Shown: in pieces, positions 41,681 through 64,000 of the stretch
How positions within the stretch are numbered: position 1 is the stretch's first letter
Layout of the letters: each line of letters opens with the position of its first letter
Source of the DNA: the human T2T-CHM13v2.0 reference genome, Homo sapiens
Strand: one strand, 5' to 3'
DNA: 64,000 nucleotides
Assembly: GCF_009914755.1 (NCBI RefSeq)
Contig: NC_060930.1
Made by a program: the position numbers and the translations under genes
Notes under the pieces: model-generated
Databases searched by the model: none
What the model saw: the letters and a program-made list of their open reading frames with translations, nothing else
What the model was told of the DNA's origin: nothing

Positions 41681-42211
41681 GTAGTTCACATTTTTTAATG
41701 AATCGTGTTAGAGGGATTTCCCCACTCACTGTACTATCTTTGTTAGGAAAGAAATACTACTTTCTGTTAGCTTTTTCTTTTCCCTGAATAGAAAATTTTC
41801 CTTTGACTTCTACCCTCCTTCTTCTACGCCTCCATTTGGGAATAAAGTCATTGTTCTTCTCCAAGGCAGCCCAGCTCTTCCTGTCTTGATGGGCAGTTTT
41901 CTCTACGACTGAACTAAGGGTATACTTTAAGAGCTGTAATCCTTTTATTCTGTAGTAATACAGAATATAATTCTAGATTAGTCACATCAACTAAATCAAC
42001 TGGGTCAAAATCTCACTTCTCTTATTCTACGGGTTTAAAAGTAATCATCTTTATAAGCACAAATGATGGAATGTGGTACAGATTAAACAAAAATGGCAGC
42101 ATACCAAAACCACTGGTTGCATATGAATATATCTGATATTCTGGTAACTGACAAAACTTCAAAAGTATTAACCGATAGTCTAGAAGACTGAACTCAGAAA
42201 AAAAATAAGTT

Positions 42212-43890
<1,679 letters not shown>

Positions 43891-43973
43891 AAGTATAAGG
43901 TAACTTCAGTAAATCAACAATCGATTCCTACTGTGCACAAAATGTAGATAAGGGTGCACCAATATATACCAAC

Positions 43974-44090
43974 CTTTGGGTTCTCCACCACCGTTAGGGC
44001 TGAGGTTTGTCCAGAAAATGCTATGATTGATATGACCACCACCATTGAACTTCAGTGCAGGCTGAAGAGCTATCTGGGCTGTAACATCTC
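43974..44090 (-). CDS. SOD2: SOD2 exon 3 ([39 protein letters not shown])
   Basis: 117 nt, AG/GT boundaries, phase 1-1; contains the Mn-ligand His of NHSIFW. Confidence 0.99.
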
Positions 44091-44439
44091 CTGAAAAGTT
44101 AAAATGCAAACACATTTTTTTGTAACTCCTACTTTTTCAACCACTGTATACATTATATTTTTTTCTTTGTAAGCTATTAGATAATGGGACCAGCTTATCT
44201 ATAACATCCGTTTGTCCTAAAATTCAGCACCCCCCCGCCCCAAAATTATTTGTCCCAGACATGCTGAACAACTGATGAAGGACCTAGCAGAGGTGGAAAA
44301 GCTAGAAAATTCACTCCTGGCTGCTAGGCTCAGGGATCTCTTAGATAGAAGAGATTTTAGGAAACACCAAAGAGGACAATCAAAATAATAGAATGCTAAA
44401 ATGTATGGCTCAACATACAGACTGTACAGAAAACCTTCA

Positions 44440-45270
44440 ACTCTCACTTTCAAGACAGACGACGATTCATTGGGAAATATCTCCAAGTCACATTAACAAG
44501 AAACTCAACATACTCAAAATTGAACTCCTGATGTTCTACCCCAAACTTACTCCTCCTATTGTCCTCCACGTCTCAGTAAATGCCAGCTCTGTCCCTCAGG
44601 ACATCCTTGGGAACCTGATGTCATTTTTGACTCCTCTCCCTTCACCCCACATCCAATCCACCAGCATATCCATTAGCAAAGCCAGCTCTACCTTTAAAAT
44701 ACATCCAATCTATATAAAAGCACACAGAGAAAAATAAAAGAAAAAAATAAAACACAAGCAGAACCTAATCCCTTCTCCCTAACTCTACTGCCACCTCATT
44801 GGGACAGAGGACCAGTATTTCTCACTGCACTGGTGCCACTATCCCCTCAGTTTTGGGGGGTGGGGGTGGGCCTTGCCCCCTCCAAAGGCTCCCCTTCTCA
44901 CTGGAGCGAACCCTAGGTGTTTACACTCAGCTACTCTTACTACCAAGAGGCGCTGCACTTGACCCCGTCATTGAGCACGTGCTCACGCAGCTGCAGCCTC
45001 ACTGGCCTTTTTGCACTCACATGACCAACTTGGATGTTCCCCTCAAGGCTAGCTGAGCACTGCTGCCTCTGCTGAACACTCTTCCCCAAGACAGTCTCAT
45101 GCTGCGTTCCTGTTCCTCCTTCAAGTCTCCACTGAAACATCAACCCCATCAGTGAAGCCTTCTCTAGCCACCATACATGAATTAGCAACTCCCTGCCACC
45201 CCTCCCAGACCCTTTACTCCTTCTCAATAGGCCCTGTAACTCCTGGCATACTGCATGGGTACCTCGCCAA
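44440..45270 (-). mobile_element. L2 fragment in SOD2 intron 2
   Basis: Diverged L2 motifs (aaactcaacatactcaaaattgaactcctgat, cttcaccccacatccaatcc). Confidence 0.6.
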
Positions 45271-45520
45271 ATAAGTAGGCAAAATAAAATAGTCTTTTCT
45301 ATGCCTTCAAGAAGCTACAGACTAAATGAACTATTAATATTAGAAAAAAATGGAAATCCTCTTGTTTAATAAATATTTTGTGCATATTATCCACAAGATA
45401 CCAAGAGAAGCAAAGTAAAGGACACAGAGACCCACTGAGAGCTTTGCTCTCAAGGAGCTTACATTTTGGAAAAAGTTCTCAACTGCTGTTCTGAAAGTGT
45501 ACGTTAAGAACATATGTCTG

Positions 45521-46300
45521 GGCCGGGTGCGGTGGCTCACGCCTGTAATCTCAGCACTTTGGGAAGCCGAGGCGGGCAGCTCTCTTCAGGTCAGGATTTC
45601 AAGACCGGCCTGGCCAACATGGTGAAACCCTGTCTTCACTAAAAATACAGAAATTAGCCAGGTATGGTGGCGCGTGCCTATAATCCCAGCTACTCAGGAG
45701 CATGAGGCAGGAGAATGGCTTGAACCCAGGAGGCAGAGGTTGCAGTGAACCAAGAACACGCCACTGCAGTCCAGCCTGGGCGACAGGGCAATACTCCGTC
45801 ACAGAAAAAAAAAAAGAAAGAAAAAGAAAAAAACATACATACAAGGCCAGGTGAGGTGGCTCACGCCTGTAATCCCAGCACTTTAGGAGGCCGAGATGGG
45901 CGGATCACTTGAGGTCAGGAGTTCCAGACCAGCCTGGACGACATGGAAAAACCCTGTCTCTACTAAAAAACCCACAAAAAGTAGCCAGGCGTGGTGGCGT
46001 ACGCCTGTAATCCCAGCTACTCAGGAGGCTGAGGCAGGAGAATTACTTGAACCCAGGAGACGGAGGTTGTAGTGAGCCGAGATCACATCACTGCACTCCA
46101 ACCTGCGGGACAGACTGAGATTCCGTCAAAAAAAAAAAAAAAAAAAAAAGTATGTCTGACTAGGCACGGTGGCTCACACCTGTAATCCCAGCACTCTGGA
46201 AGGCCGAGGTGCGTGGATAGGGGAGCCCAGGAATTCAAGAGCAGCCTGGGCAACATAGTGTGACCCCGTCTGTTTTTTTTAGATAGAATTAAAAAAAAAA
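45521..46300 (+). mobile_element. Tandem Alu cluster in intron 2 (two full Alus plus one monomer)
   Basis: 45521-45833, 45845-46149, ~46156-46300. Confidence 0.9.
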
Positions 46301-46979
46301 TTTTTAAAAGGAACATACGTAGACAATGCTGCTTTCTGAAACAAGCTCCAGTTGTTTAGCGATTCAGAAAGGAGAGAACCAACTGATATCTGAATACACA
46401 GCTAATCTCAAAGGGTTTTTTAAAGACACCAACTTTTTTTTTCCTTTGTTAGGTTTACAAACAGTTTTTTTATAGATCTGTGTTTCCCTTATTAAATTTT
46501 CTTGAGAGTCACTCTAAAAATAGATGTAACTTTTCTATTGTTTTTTAATAAATCAATAGTAACTGAATTTTTAAAATGGGAAAGATACATGCTTAATGAG
46601 AGATAATTTAATAATCTTAACATCTTACAGTTTGCTTACTCATTTTAAAATTAATAAAAATTGAGGGCTTAATATCTGCTTTTAAGAACACTTTTCTGAA
46701 ATTCAACATTTTATTTGGTTTCAGTTTAGTTTTTGCCTCAAATAATAATAAAAGTCAAATGCTTTTTGTTGAAAAATATTCATATTAGTCAGTTAAATGT
46801 GATGAGATTATGACATTGTTTTATCTTTTTTCCCCAAGTTTTCAAACATGAAAATCTTTTTAATAATTTTTAAAATATGTTTAAGTAAAAGAAAGCTCTG
46901 CAGGTACTCAATCACTTATAAACAATATAGTACAATACAATAAAAAGCTTTTTTCCAGTGGGTTGTATTACATAAGTAA

Positions 46980-47110
46980 GGCTCTGATTCCACAAGTAAA
47001 GGACTGAAATTAAGTTGTTTTTAAAATACTGAAGAGAAAGGTTCCTGGTGTCAGATGTTGCCTTACAGGAAGTACTTTCACAACTGGGGTATTCCCCAGT
47101 CTCTCCCCAT
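46980..47110. promoter_or_regulatory. SOD2 intron-2 cytokine-responsive enhancer core (NF-kB plus C/EBP sites)
   Basis: GGGGAATACCCC at 47086-47097 next to TTGTGAAA (47076-47083); matches the known TNF/IL-1 intronic enhancer. Confidence 0.85.
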
Positions 47111-48505
47111 TACATGTTTCCCAAATTTGTTATTTCCTAAATCACGGGGCCTTTTCCCGTAATTCAAGGTTCGTCTGTCTCAAGTAAATCTTCCAGAATG
47201 TGGTAACTTCCTCCTCTTTTAATCATTTACTTCAAACACAATCAGGCTGAAATACTGCATTTTTCCACTAGATGCCTCCAGTCAACAAGATGTGACTGTC
47301 TAAAAATCACTCAACAAATTTCATAACCCCGAAATTCAAAACATTTAAGGAAAAGTAAACATTTTTTACTACGTAGCTTACCAAGCAATACAGAGCGTCT
47401 AAAAAACATGACTATCGATTATCTTCCTTGTGCAAACCACTAACGAATAAATTAAAAAGACAATACTATTTTGTAAAAAATGTTAAAACATAACATTCCC
47501 ATACACACCCCCAAAAGGCACAGACTCAAAAAGTCCACATACCCCTGGTTTTATCAACCGAGCTCTTGAGAAAAAAAAAAAAAAGTTAACAACATATATT
47601 TTAATTGCATTACAAATATGAGTAAATAGTAAATAAAAACAAGCCTGTTTCAGTTTCCCACTAAAGGGCTATTTTCCTTGTGAACTTTGACCCCTAAGGG
47701 AAATCAAGAAAAGTATCAAGTCTAAAGATCCTGAACTGTTCCACAGTTAGGTTACTGCTTTTTTGGTAACGCACACCACAACGGTGTGCCTCCTCCTCTC
47801 CCACCTGAAGTCAAGTGGGCTCAGTGAAGTTTCACCTGCAGGGTAGCTGGGGATGCAGGGAGTCTCCAAGTCCTAGGCTGGAGTCCCGACCCCGTTTGCT
47901 CTCAGGAAGATGACAAGGACCATGGTTCCTAGCACGGAGTAGTGTCCTCCTGTCTCCCACCTTCAGTGTGACCTGGCAGTAAGACACCACTCCCACTTCT
48001 ATCAGGAGGTGACCCTGACACTCAGAGACACCTGCGGACCCGATGATGTCTGGCCACCAGTGGACAGGCGCTCTCAGCCCTCCTGCAAACGGCTGGCACA
48101 CCTACCTGAGAGACCAAACATTTCCCCAAAGCATATTATACAACAAGAACAATTTCAATTTGCAAAAAAAACGAGTGACACAGTAGAGCTTTCTTTTCAG
48201 GCCCTACAATTCACCAGTGCTGGCAATATGTGTAACGGAATGTGGCTCACAACAGTAAGGCAAGCTCCTTCGCAGGACCCCAAGTTCCCTGAGATGACAG
48301 AAGTGTGTTCAAACCCATCGAGGCACTCCTTCTACAATGAGGTAGACCATGTGTTTAAAAGAGAGACTATCGTGCCTGGAAAACTCGGAACCGGTACAAA
48401 TACGAAGCGAGTTCTCCTCCACGGAGAGGCCCGTCCGTATGGGGCCTGGCTCCCTGGGGTCGCCTCTGCCGGGGACTGCCTCCCGCCGCTCAGCCTGGAA
48501 CCTAC

Positions 48506-48708
48506 CCTTGGCCAACGCCTCCTGGTACTTCTCCTCGGTGACGTTCAGGTTGTTCACGTAGGCCGCGTGGTGCTTGCTGTGGTGCAGCTGCATGATCTGC
48601 GCGTTGATGTGAGGTTCCAGGGCGCCGTAGTCGTAGGGCAGGTCGGGGAGGCTGTGCTTCTGCCTGGAGCCCAGATACCCCAAAGCCGGAGCCAGCTGCC
48701 TGCTGGTG
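48506..48708 (-). CDS. SOD2: SOD2 exon 2 ([67 protein letters not shown])
   Basis: 203 nt, acceptor ttcag, donor gtagg; recognisable MnSOD N-terminus; codon 16 = GCT (Ala). Confidence 0.99.
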
Positions 48709-48989
48709 CTGAAGACGAGAAAGCACAGCCCGGTCAGTCAGCGCCGCGGGACCGTCTACGCAGGCTGGGCTGCCGAGGAACGGCAGCGCGCGGCGTCCCC
48801 CGAGTCCCCGCGTCCCCTCCCTGCGGATCCCCGCTCCAGCCGCCGCGCCGGGCACTCCCGGGAGAACCGCCTGCAGGTGCCCCGGTCCCGCCAGGCCCGG
48901 TGCGGCCACTGTCGCCATTGCCGCGGAGGCCCTGCCCGCCGCGAGCCCCTTCGCCCTTGGGGCCGTGACCGGGTCCCCTTTCTTCTCAC

Positions 48990-49012
48990 CCGCACACTGC
49001 CCGGCTCAACAT
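48990..49012 (-). CDS. SOD2: SOD2 coding exon 1 (MLSRAVC-G, start of mitochondrial targeting peptide)
   Basis: Reverse complement reads ATGTTGAGCCGGGCAGTGTGCGG followed by donor gtgaga; 23 nt, phase 2. Confidence 0.98.
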
Positions 49013-49908
49013 GCTGCTAGTGCTGGTGCTACCGCTGATGCCGCCGATCTGCTGAAGCCGCTGCCGAAGCCACCACAGCCACGAGTGCCGCTCCTGCGCC
49101 GCCCGCGGGCCTTAAGAAAGCGCGGGGAGCAGGGCCGCGACCCCAGCTGCGCCGCAAGGGCACCGCCGCCCCGCCCCCCCCCCCGCGGGCCCCGCCCCGC
49201 GCCCGCCGCGCCCAACCCCGGGGGTGCCCTGCGTGCCTGTCCCGCCCGCCCGCGCTTGCCGTACACCCCGCGCCCAGGGCACGGGAGAAAGGAGGCTGCA
49301 GGCTAGCCTCGGCCTCGGCAACCTCGCTGCCTGTCTGCCGTACTTGAGTGGCGCGCGGCCGAAGGGAGGCGGCCCCTGCCCCCTTGGAGTTGGTACGGCC
49401 CGAAGGCCCTGCCTCCGGCTCCGCCCCTGAGGGTGCCGGCGGGGATCTGGCTGCACTAGGCGGCTGCGGCGCCTGCCCCTGAGTTTTGGTTGCGCTGCCG
49501 GGGGGCCGCGGGGTCCAGAGGCCTCACTGCAAAAAGACATTCATACCCTCCCAGGGCCCCCGTGGCCGTTCCTAGGGAAGACGGGGCCTAGCTGCTGGTC
49601 AGCGCCGCCCAGCCGGCCTATGAGCTGAGGGTAGAGCCAGCGCCCTTCCAACCCGTATTCAGTACTCTTGCGCCGTACCCTTGCTTTGCAAGTAAGCCGA
49701 CCTTGGGACCTATTCCAGGACAGGAGGCACACAGACTTTGTCCCCACCGGCTGCCTAAGAACAGTTCTTGGACACCCACGACGTGCCCGAGACTGCAGGC
49801 AGGATTTGCACACATTTATCTTTATTTTTACCCCTAGGGTTGGTATTATTGATTCTAGTAATAGTGAAATCCTTTGAGGTTAAGCAGCTTCTCCTGGGCA
49901 CAGTTAAC

Positions 49909-49915
49909 TGAGTCA
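49909..49915. promoter_or_regulatory. AP-1 consensus site
   Basis: TGAGTCA about 0.8 kb upstream of the TSS. Confidence 0.55.
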
Positions 49916-50338
49916 GGACTAGTTCCCACCTTCCTCACTACTAAGCCCTGGCAGTCATGTTTTGTGTGTTTACAGTAACTCTGTGAACCAACTGTTCAGG
50001 ATAACATAAAAGGACAACAGAGGATTCTTTCCTGCGCTGTCTTGTAGCCTAGTAAGCTGTTAAGTATCAAGTGCTCTCTCAACAGTTAAACAACAATCCT
50101 GAATGGTGTGAATCTTCCATGTGTAGAGGTTAGGAAATCTACACTGCCATTGGCGGGAGTTGCCCCTTTATTGAAAAGAATATGATGGAAGGTAGCAGGT
50201 GCTGAACCGTTTCCGTTGCTTCTTGCAACCCCTGTACAGCCCTCCGAAGGATGACTAGGCTTCCGGTAAGTGGAATGGGAAAACAGTCAGGCGAAGAGGA
50301 ACCACCTGAACTTGGCTTCACAACAGGAAGGGCTGGGC

Positions 50339-50354
50339 TTGTTTACAGACGTCA
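50339..50354 (-). promoter_or_regulatory. Abutting CRE/ATF-like (TGACGTCT) and FOXO (GTAAACAA) sites
   Basis: Plus strand ttgtttac-agacgtca about 1.25 kb upstream of the TSS; agrees with the known FOXO3 and CREB/ATF elements of SOD2. Confidence 0.75.
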
Positions 50355-50429
50355 GAAGAATGTAACTAGGGCTACGTGTTGGGGTGAAAAAGGAAATTCA
50401 GGCTGGGACCAGGTTATAGATACTCTTAT

Positions 50430-50748
<319 letters not shown>

Positions 50749-51364
50749 CTATAGATACCCTTAAAACGCAGACAAGAGCAGGGGTTTGATGTGATTGTTA
50801 ATTGGAAGCTGAGAAACATTTCTGCTGAGGTGAGACACACTGAAAGTGGTTTTTCAGGCAAGGTGGTCTGGCACTGACTTGGGGGGATGAAGGGAGTGCA
50901 GGCTAGTTAGGAAGCTGGTACATTCGTCTCAGCAGGAGGTACTGCAGGTCACTTTTAGGGCACTAGCTATGAGAACTGGAAGAAAAGGGCATTTTGAAGG
51001 ATGAATCCACAGGATTCAGAGACAGATCAGTCATTGTAATGGAAAGACTTGATCTAGTGATAATGAAATATTCCTATTGGGAGGCTGAGCTCAGGCTACT
51101 TACTTGCACTTCTTGTTTGTATAGAGAGTGATACTTTGAGAGTTTAAAGCGACTCCTAGGACATGCCCTTTAGAACAAGCACCAAACGTTGGGGGCTGGT
51201 AGGACTGATAGCAGCAGTCAGGTAGAAGAATCTCCAACATCACACCTGTCATCAGCTACATCATTACAAAACACTACCATGACTGTGAGCACATCCAAGG
51301 TTGTGGGATATGGGAGGTAAAGAAAAGTTTACCTTGTCTACCACACCCAGTGAACAGGCTCCGT

Positions 51365-52880
<1,516 letters not shown>

Positions 52881-52930
<50 letters not shown>
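52881..52930. repeat. (CA)n microsatellite replacing an Alu tail
   Basis: 25 perfect AC units. Confidence 0.95.
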
Positions 52931-52933
<3 letters not shown>

Positions 52934-53644
52934 GTCAGCTATACACATTTGAAGTCAGAAAAAACTTGCAATTCTGTACCTACAGGAGAAAATGAGTTTA
53001 AAAAAATTGTTGTTGCTAAATATCCTCCTATAAGGCATTATTTCCACATGCTTTGACATAAACTGATCATTAATGGAATTACCTTAGCTACATTCTCTTG
53101 TTTTTCTTTCTTCCTGCCTGTGGTTTGTGGGGTTTTTTTCTGCTTTTTTAAAATTTGGGGTCACAAATCTTATCCAGGCAGGAATCTGAGAATTGGTTGT
53201 ACCAACCTGTCCTTTGCAAGAGTGGTATTGTTAATAGGACCAAAAGTAGTACTTAAATTGCCAAAATGAAGTGATCTAGGCTAAAAGAGAAAATGATTAT
53301 AGAGCTATATTAAGGTTTCAATGTGAGCTTAATTTTTTTCCCCACTTCGGGCAAAATTACGATTAGATTGCATCCTCAAAGAACACATTAACTACTGGAA
53401 AGGAAAGGAGGAGCTTGGTTCAGAACAAAAGTGTTCTGTTAAACAAAGGGATAAAGTGGGCATGTGTCGCAGGTAATCATGAGTTGATTACGTCCATAAA
53501 GGGCAAAGGGAGTCGGCATCATTGAGCAGATCCTCCATGTTGCTAGCTACTAAGTCAAATGCTTTATTCCTGCTGTAAGCAAAGACAGTGACTTGACCAA
53601 GGTCACACATAGAGCTAGTAGGTAGTAAGGGGGATATGAATGTA

Positions 53645-54868
<1,224 letters not shown>

Positions 54869-56219
54869 TATTGCTGTTAAACCTGTGTAGCTCCGTGCCT
54901 TTAAACAGCTGCCACTCCCTCTCCCACATTTTTCACACCCAAAAGAATTGGGCCCAGCCTTATCTAATTGGAGCCCAAGATTTGAAACTTTCTTCCTCCT
55001 TCTGTCCCTACACAACTTCCCAACTTATCCCTATCTCCTCAAATCCTGATTGGCCTGCTGTCCCATCTCTTACACGACTCTGGTCATCACTCTTGGACCT
55101 AAAGCTTGACATTGCTTCTATGCCCTGACCTTGGTCCATCTGCCCCTTAGATGGCATTTGCTTTGTAGCCTCAGTGAAGACCCAGCTTCCTGGAGTTTCC
55201 CTTCACAATGGCCCAGCTCATTCTTCCCAACCTAGTCTAGTGAAAGACTCAGACTTGCTGGGGACCCAGGAGGCCAAAAGAGAAGGGTTGTCCCATATTG
55301 AGAGTCCGGCAGAGCCCTCCATAAGATCCTTTCATGAGGACTTCCTGCAACATCCTGCCTCCTTTATGGAAATGGACACCACCTCTTCCCCATTACTACT
55401 CCACGAGAAAAAAAAAAACAAACATGGTCACTGCATTCTATGTAAGGGTGGGATCTGTCATTATTAAACTGCCAACTTCTAGTTCATATCCCAGGATTTG
55501 TCATGGAGTAAGATTGATTTCAGGTGCACAGTTCCAAGAATGACTCTCAAGGGCTACTCAAGCTACTAAAGAGTAGCCCAGACCACTGAGGGCTGTGAGC
55601 AAGCATAAGGATCTTGGCTGGCTGAATCTCTGGGCCAGCACAACCCAGGGGCTGCACTCCACACTGTACATCTACTCGGAGCAGCCAAAATAGGTACACA
55701 GGAGGAGTGGCCTCGCATACCACCCAGGTCCATGCCAGATTGTGGTCCACTGAGAACAGTATTGATATCACAGTATTTCTGGGAACCTATGTCCCATCTC
55801 AGGCAACTCCCAGGACTCAATCCATCTTGGCCTGCATCACCCTCCTCTCGTGCCAGCTTACATCTGCATTTACCCTCTGGTGAGAAATTAGATAAAATCG
55901 CATAAAATAAAACTTCATTTTCATGCTAAAGATATTTAGTTTGAGGAACTAGTCAGCTATATGTTGGTACACTAGAGGTGAGCCACTAAAAATGATCACT
56001 GTTCAGTTAGATGTGGACAAAACATATTTAAGAGTGGGACAATTATTAAACATTTAAGGGATCAGATTGGTTTCCAGGTGTCTTTAAATGCCACTCCACT
56101 TTAGAGAATTAATGGAAATTAGAGACAACACATTACTAGTGTGGTGATGCAGTAGCTCCAGTAATTTTCTGGTTCTTCATCTGAATTCATTTACATGGTT
56201 TAAGTTAAAATGCATTGTT

Positions 56220-56517
<298 letters not shown>

Positions 56518-57254
56518 TCAATGCATTGTTAACATGTGTGGCATGTTTTCCAACTCCCATTTTTTTGATGGCATGGATAAGACTTAGTCTCTAAGTACTA
56601 AATGAAGAACAAATATCTCTCTGAGTGCACTTTGAAAGTAATGCTTAAATGTCTGGTCTCTGGGACATAACATCTATCTTTGTTAAACTCTGACTTTTTA
56701 CTGACCTGATTTTCATTTAGGTTCAGTCTAAGCTTTCCAAATCAAGCAGAGACCTAATTTTCTTAAGCTTCCCTGGAACACAATGTAGGATCTCGGCTTT
56801 TAGACTGAACTCTAGGAGACACAAATTCTCAGTGATGGGGTGGTCTCCAAAACCATGAGAAGGAGTCCACTTAAAGCAACTGTCAGGCAAGACAATATGT
56901 AAGATTTCCCTGTATTCCACCCACATGCCACCACTGTGAGCAATATAAATATAACCCCACACCTGCTTCCTCTCCAGGCCAATCCCTGGAGATTTGAGAA
57001 ACCATGGTTAGCATGCTCAAAGATGAGCAGCAGCAGCAGAAGGCAAGACGCTAGAGAAGGCACCTGCCAGCTGCCAACATCTTTCTCCCTCTGTAGGCTG
57101 CTGGCCTGCTAGAGGCCTGTGATGAAGTTTTGACTTTAAATCACTTTCAGAGTTTTGCTTCTCACATGGGAGCATTTTGGATAGTGAATTGAGCCTGTGT
57201 TCTAACTTAAAGTGATTATAAGACTTTTTATTACTAAAGAACATATATTTTTTA

Positions 57255-57437
<183 letters not shown>

Positions 57438-58029
57438 TCATGGGACCAGCATTTGATCCAGGGACGAAGGAAAAACAAGCCCATGAAGCAAATTTAATGA
57501 CCTATTGGGCAATAAAGGAATATCACTTCATGATCTCATCCATGAGTCATTGTTACTGTTAATAGTCACACATCAGTGCTATGGTAGAATCTCAAAATCT
57601 CCCACATTTTTGGTATTTGAATGGTACCCAACATTTCCAGCTTGAATGTGGACTTTTCCCCAGCAATTTGTATATTCTATGAGTCATTTCAGTGGGGATT
57701 TTAGGAGAGAACCTGTGCTCATTCCCCTTCTTGCCGGAGGATCACCCACCCCGTCAGCCCAAGTGTGACCTTTACAGTTAGAAAGTGCTATACACAGCTG
57801 CTTTTCTCTCACTTTTTCCTAGAGAACAAGAACAAAATCTCCCTGCCTTGTATCTAAGGTTTTTCCTACTGAGAAAGAGACTTGTTATTCAGTTCAATGG
57901 TTTATGGGCATAAAATATGGATGCCCCAAATAAGGGACCTTACTTTATCATATAAATCTGATGAGCTTAAACATACTTTAGATTACATTCTCTGTAGTTA
58001 GTTGTGCCTTTATGCTGCTACGCATTTGT

Positions 58030-59197
<1,168 letters not shown>

Positions 59198-59251
59198 TCA
59201 AGGAGTGGACAAAGAAAGCAGCTTACTACATGGAAGTTGAGGCTTTACCTC

Positions 59252-59845
59252 TTTTTTTTTTTTAAAGGAAGATTTAACAAGTTTCACTTAGTACAATACT
59301 TCTAAATGGAAATCACAAGGAAAGATTTAAACCAAAGCCTCAGAATTCCATACAAATGACATGACGAAACTCCTAAAGTATTAGTATTACATCTTAAAAT
59401 TGTCCCATATGTTAAAAAAAAGTAAAAGTATACACTCAAGTGTACACTCACATGCCTTACAGGATATTAAACCAAAAAGCTAGAATTAACAAACATGCCA
59501 AATGTTTTCACTTTGAATCGCATACACAGCCCCTATATTTGATGAGCATCCAAACTTTTCAATGTATTTATGGGGTACAAGAGCAACATTTAACACAAGT
59601 GAAACTGCATCAACCTAAATATGCTTACTGCTTAGATACACTCCTACAACATAACTAACTTGAAGAAAGCTGAAAATTGTTTTAATAGTTATGATCAATA
59701 CTGAACTTTGTTATGTCCTAGATGAATGTTTCAGTGTTCAAAATTACTGAGCTTGAAGTTTTAAAATAATCTTCCACTGTTACAGTAAGCATGTGACACA
59801 AGCCTGTAATGCAAAACTGTTAAACTTTTGTTTTCTTTAAAAAGG
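59252..59845 (-). pseudogene. HNRNPH1P1: 3'UTR end of an HNRNPH1-derived processed pseudogene (likely HNRNPH1P1), cut by Alu/L1 insertions
   Basis: Reverse complement matches the HNRNPH1 3'UTR as recalled (gcagtaagc.tatttagg, aaacatttggcatgtttgttaattctagc, gtactaagtgaaacttgttaaa) and ends in an A-tract at 59263-59252. Confidence 0.75.
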
Positions 59846-59848
59846 AAA

Positions 59849-59983
59849 GGCTGGGCATGGTGGCTCACGCCTGTAATCCCAGCACTTTGGGAAGCTGAGG
59901 CATGCAGATCATGAGGTCAAGAGATCAAGATCATCCTGGCCAACACGGTGAAACCCCATCTCTAATAAAAATACAAAAATTAG
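59849..59983 (+). mobile_element. AluSc-like left arm interrupted by L1PA at the A-rich linker
   Basis: Ends ...aaaaatacaaaaattag immediately before the L1 5' end. Confidence 0.9.

Positions 59984-64000
<4,017 letters not shown>

Larger units (their letters stand above)
48400..49700. promoter_or_regulatory. SOD2: CpG island / TATA-less GC-box promoter and 5'UTR of SOD2 (TSS about 49090)
   Basis: Very high GC and CpG density; tandem GGGCGG Sp1 boxes at 49165-49252 on the minus strand; 11-G run at 49174-49184. Confidence 0.92.

Noticed and set aside
48009-48968. 319-aa plus-strand ORF antisense to exon 2
   Set aside because: GTG start, GC-rich CpG-island shadow of the SOD2 frame, no recognisable domain

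Overview
Primate genomic DNA, human or a very close great ape. The window contains the complete SOD2 (mitochondrial Mn-superoxide dismutase) gene on the minus strand: five coding exons at 49012-38340, 669 nt, 222 aa, Ala16 allele. Also visible are its TATA-less CpG-island promoter, the intron-2 NF-kB/C/EBP enhancer, an optional 3'UTR intron and several poly(A) signals. The rest is transposon-dense: an L1PB1-like element carrying nested Alu, SVA and LTR12 insertions, two same-orientation L1PA elements bracketing SOD2, about 40 Alus, ERV LTRs, DNA transposons, a 1.4-kb hairpin-rich VNTR and the 3' end of an HNRNPH1-type processed pseudogene. Best leads: (i) back-splicing exons 3-5 gives a 462-nt circle in which an ATG in the post-stop stub falls in frame with SOD2 (149-aa ORF); (ii) the two flanking L1PAs share many non-consensus variants, including loss of the ORF2 ATG; (iii) the upstream L1 has an open ORF0 whose donor is phase-compatible with SOD2 exon 2; (iv) a tailless 5S rRNA retrocopy sits inside an LTR in the 3'UTR. 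Repeat subfamily names and consensus comparisons are from memory and need RepeatMasker/Dfam confirmation. No novel prokaryote-style system is present.
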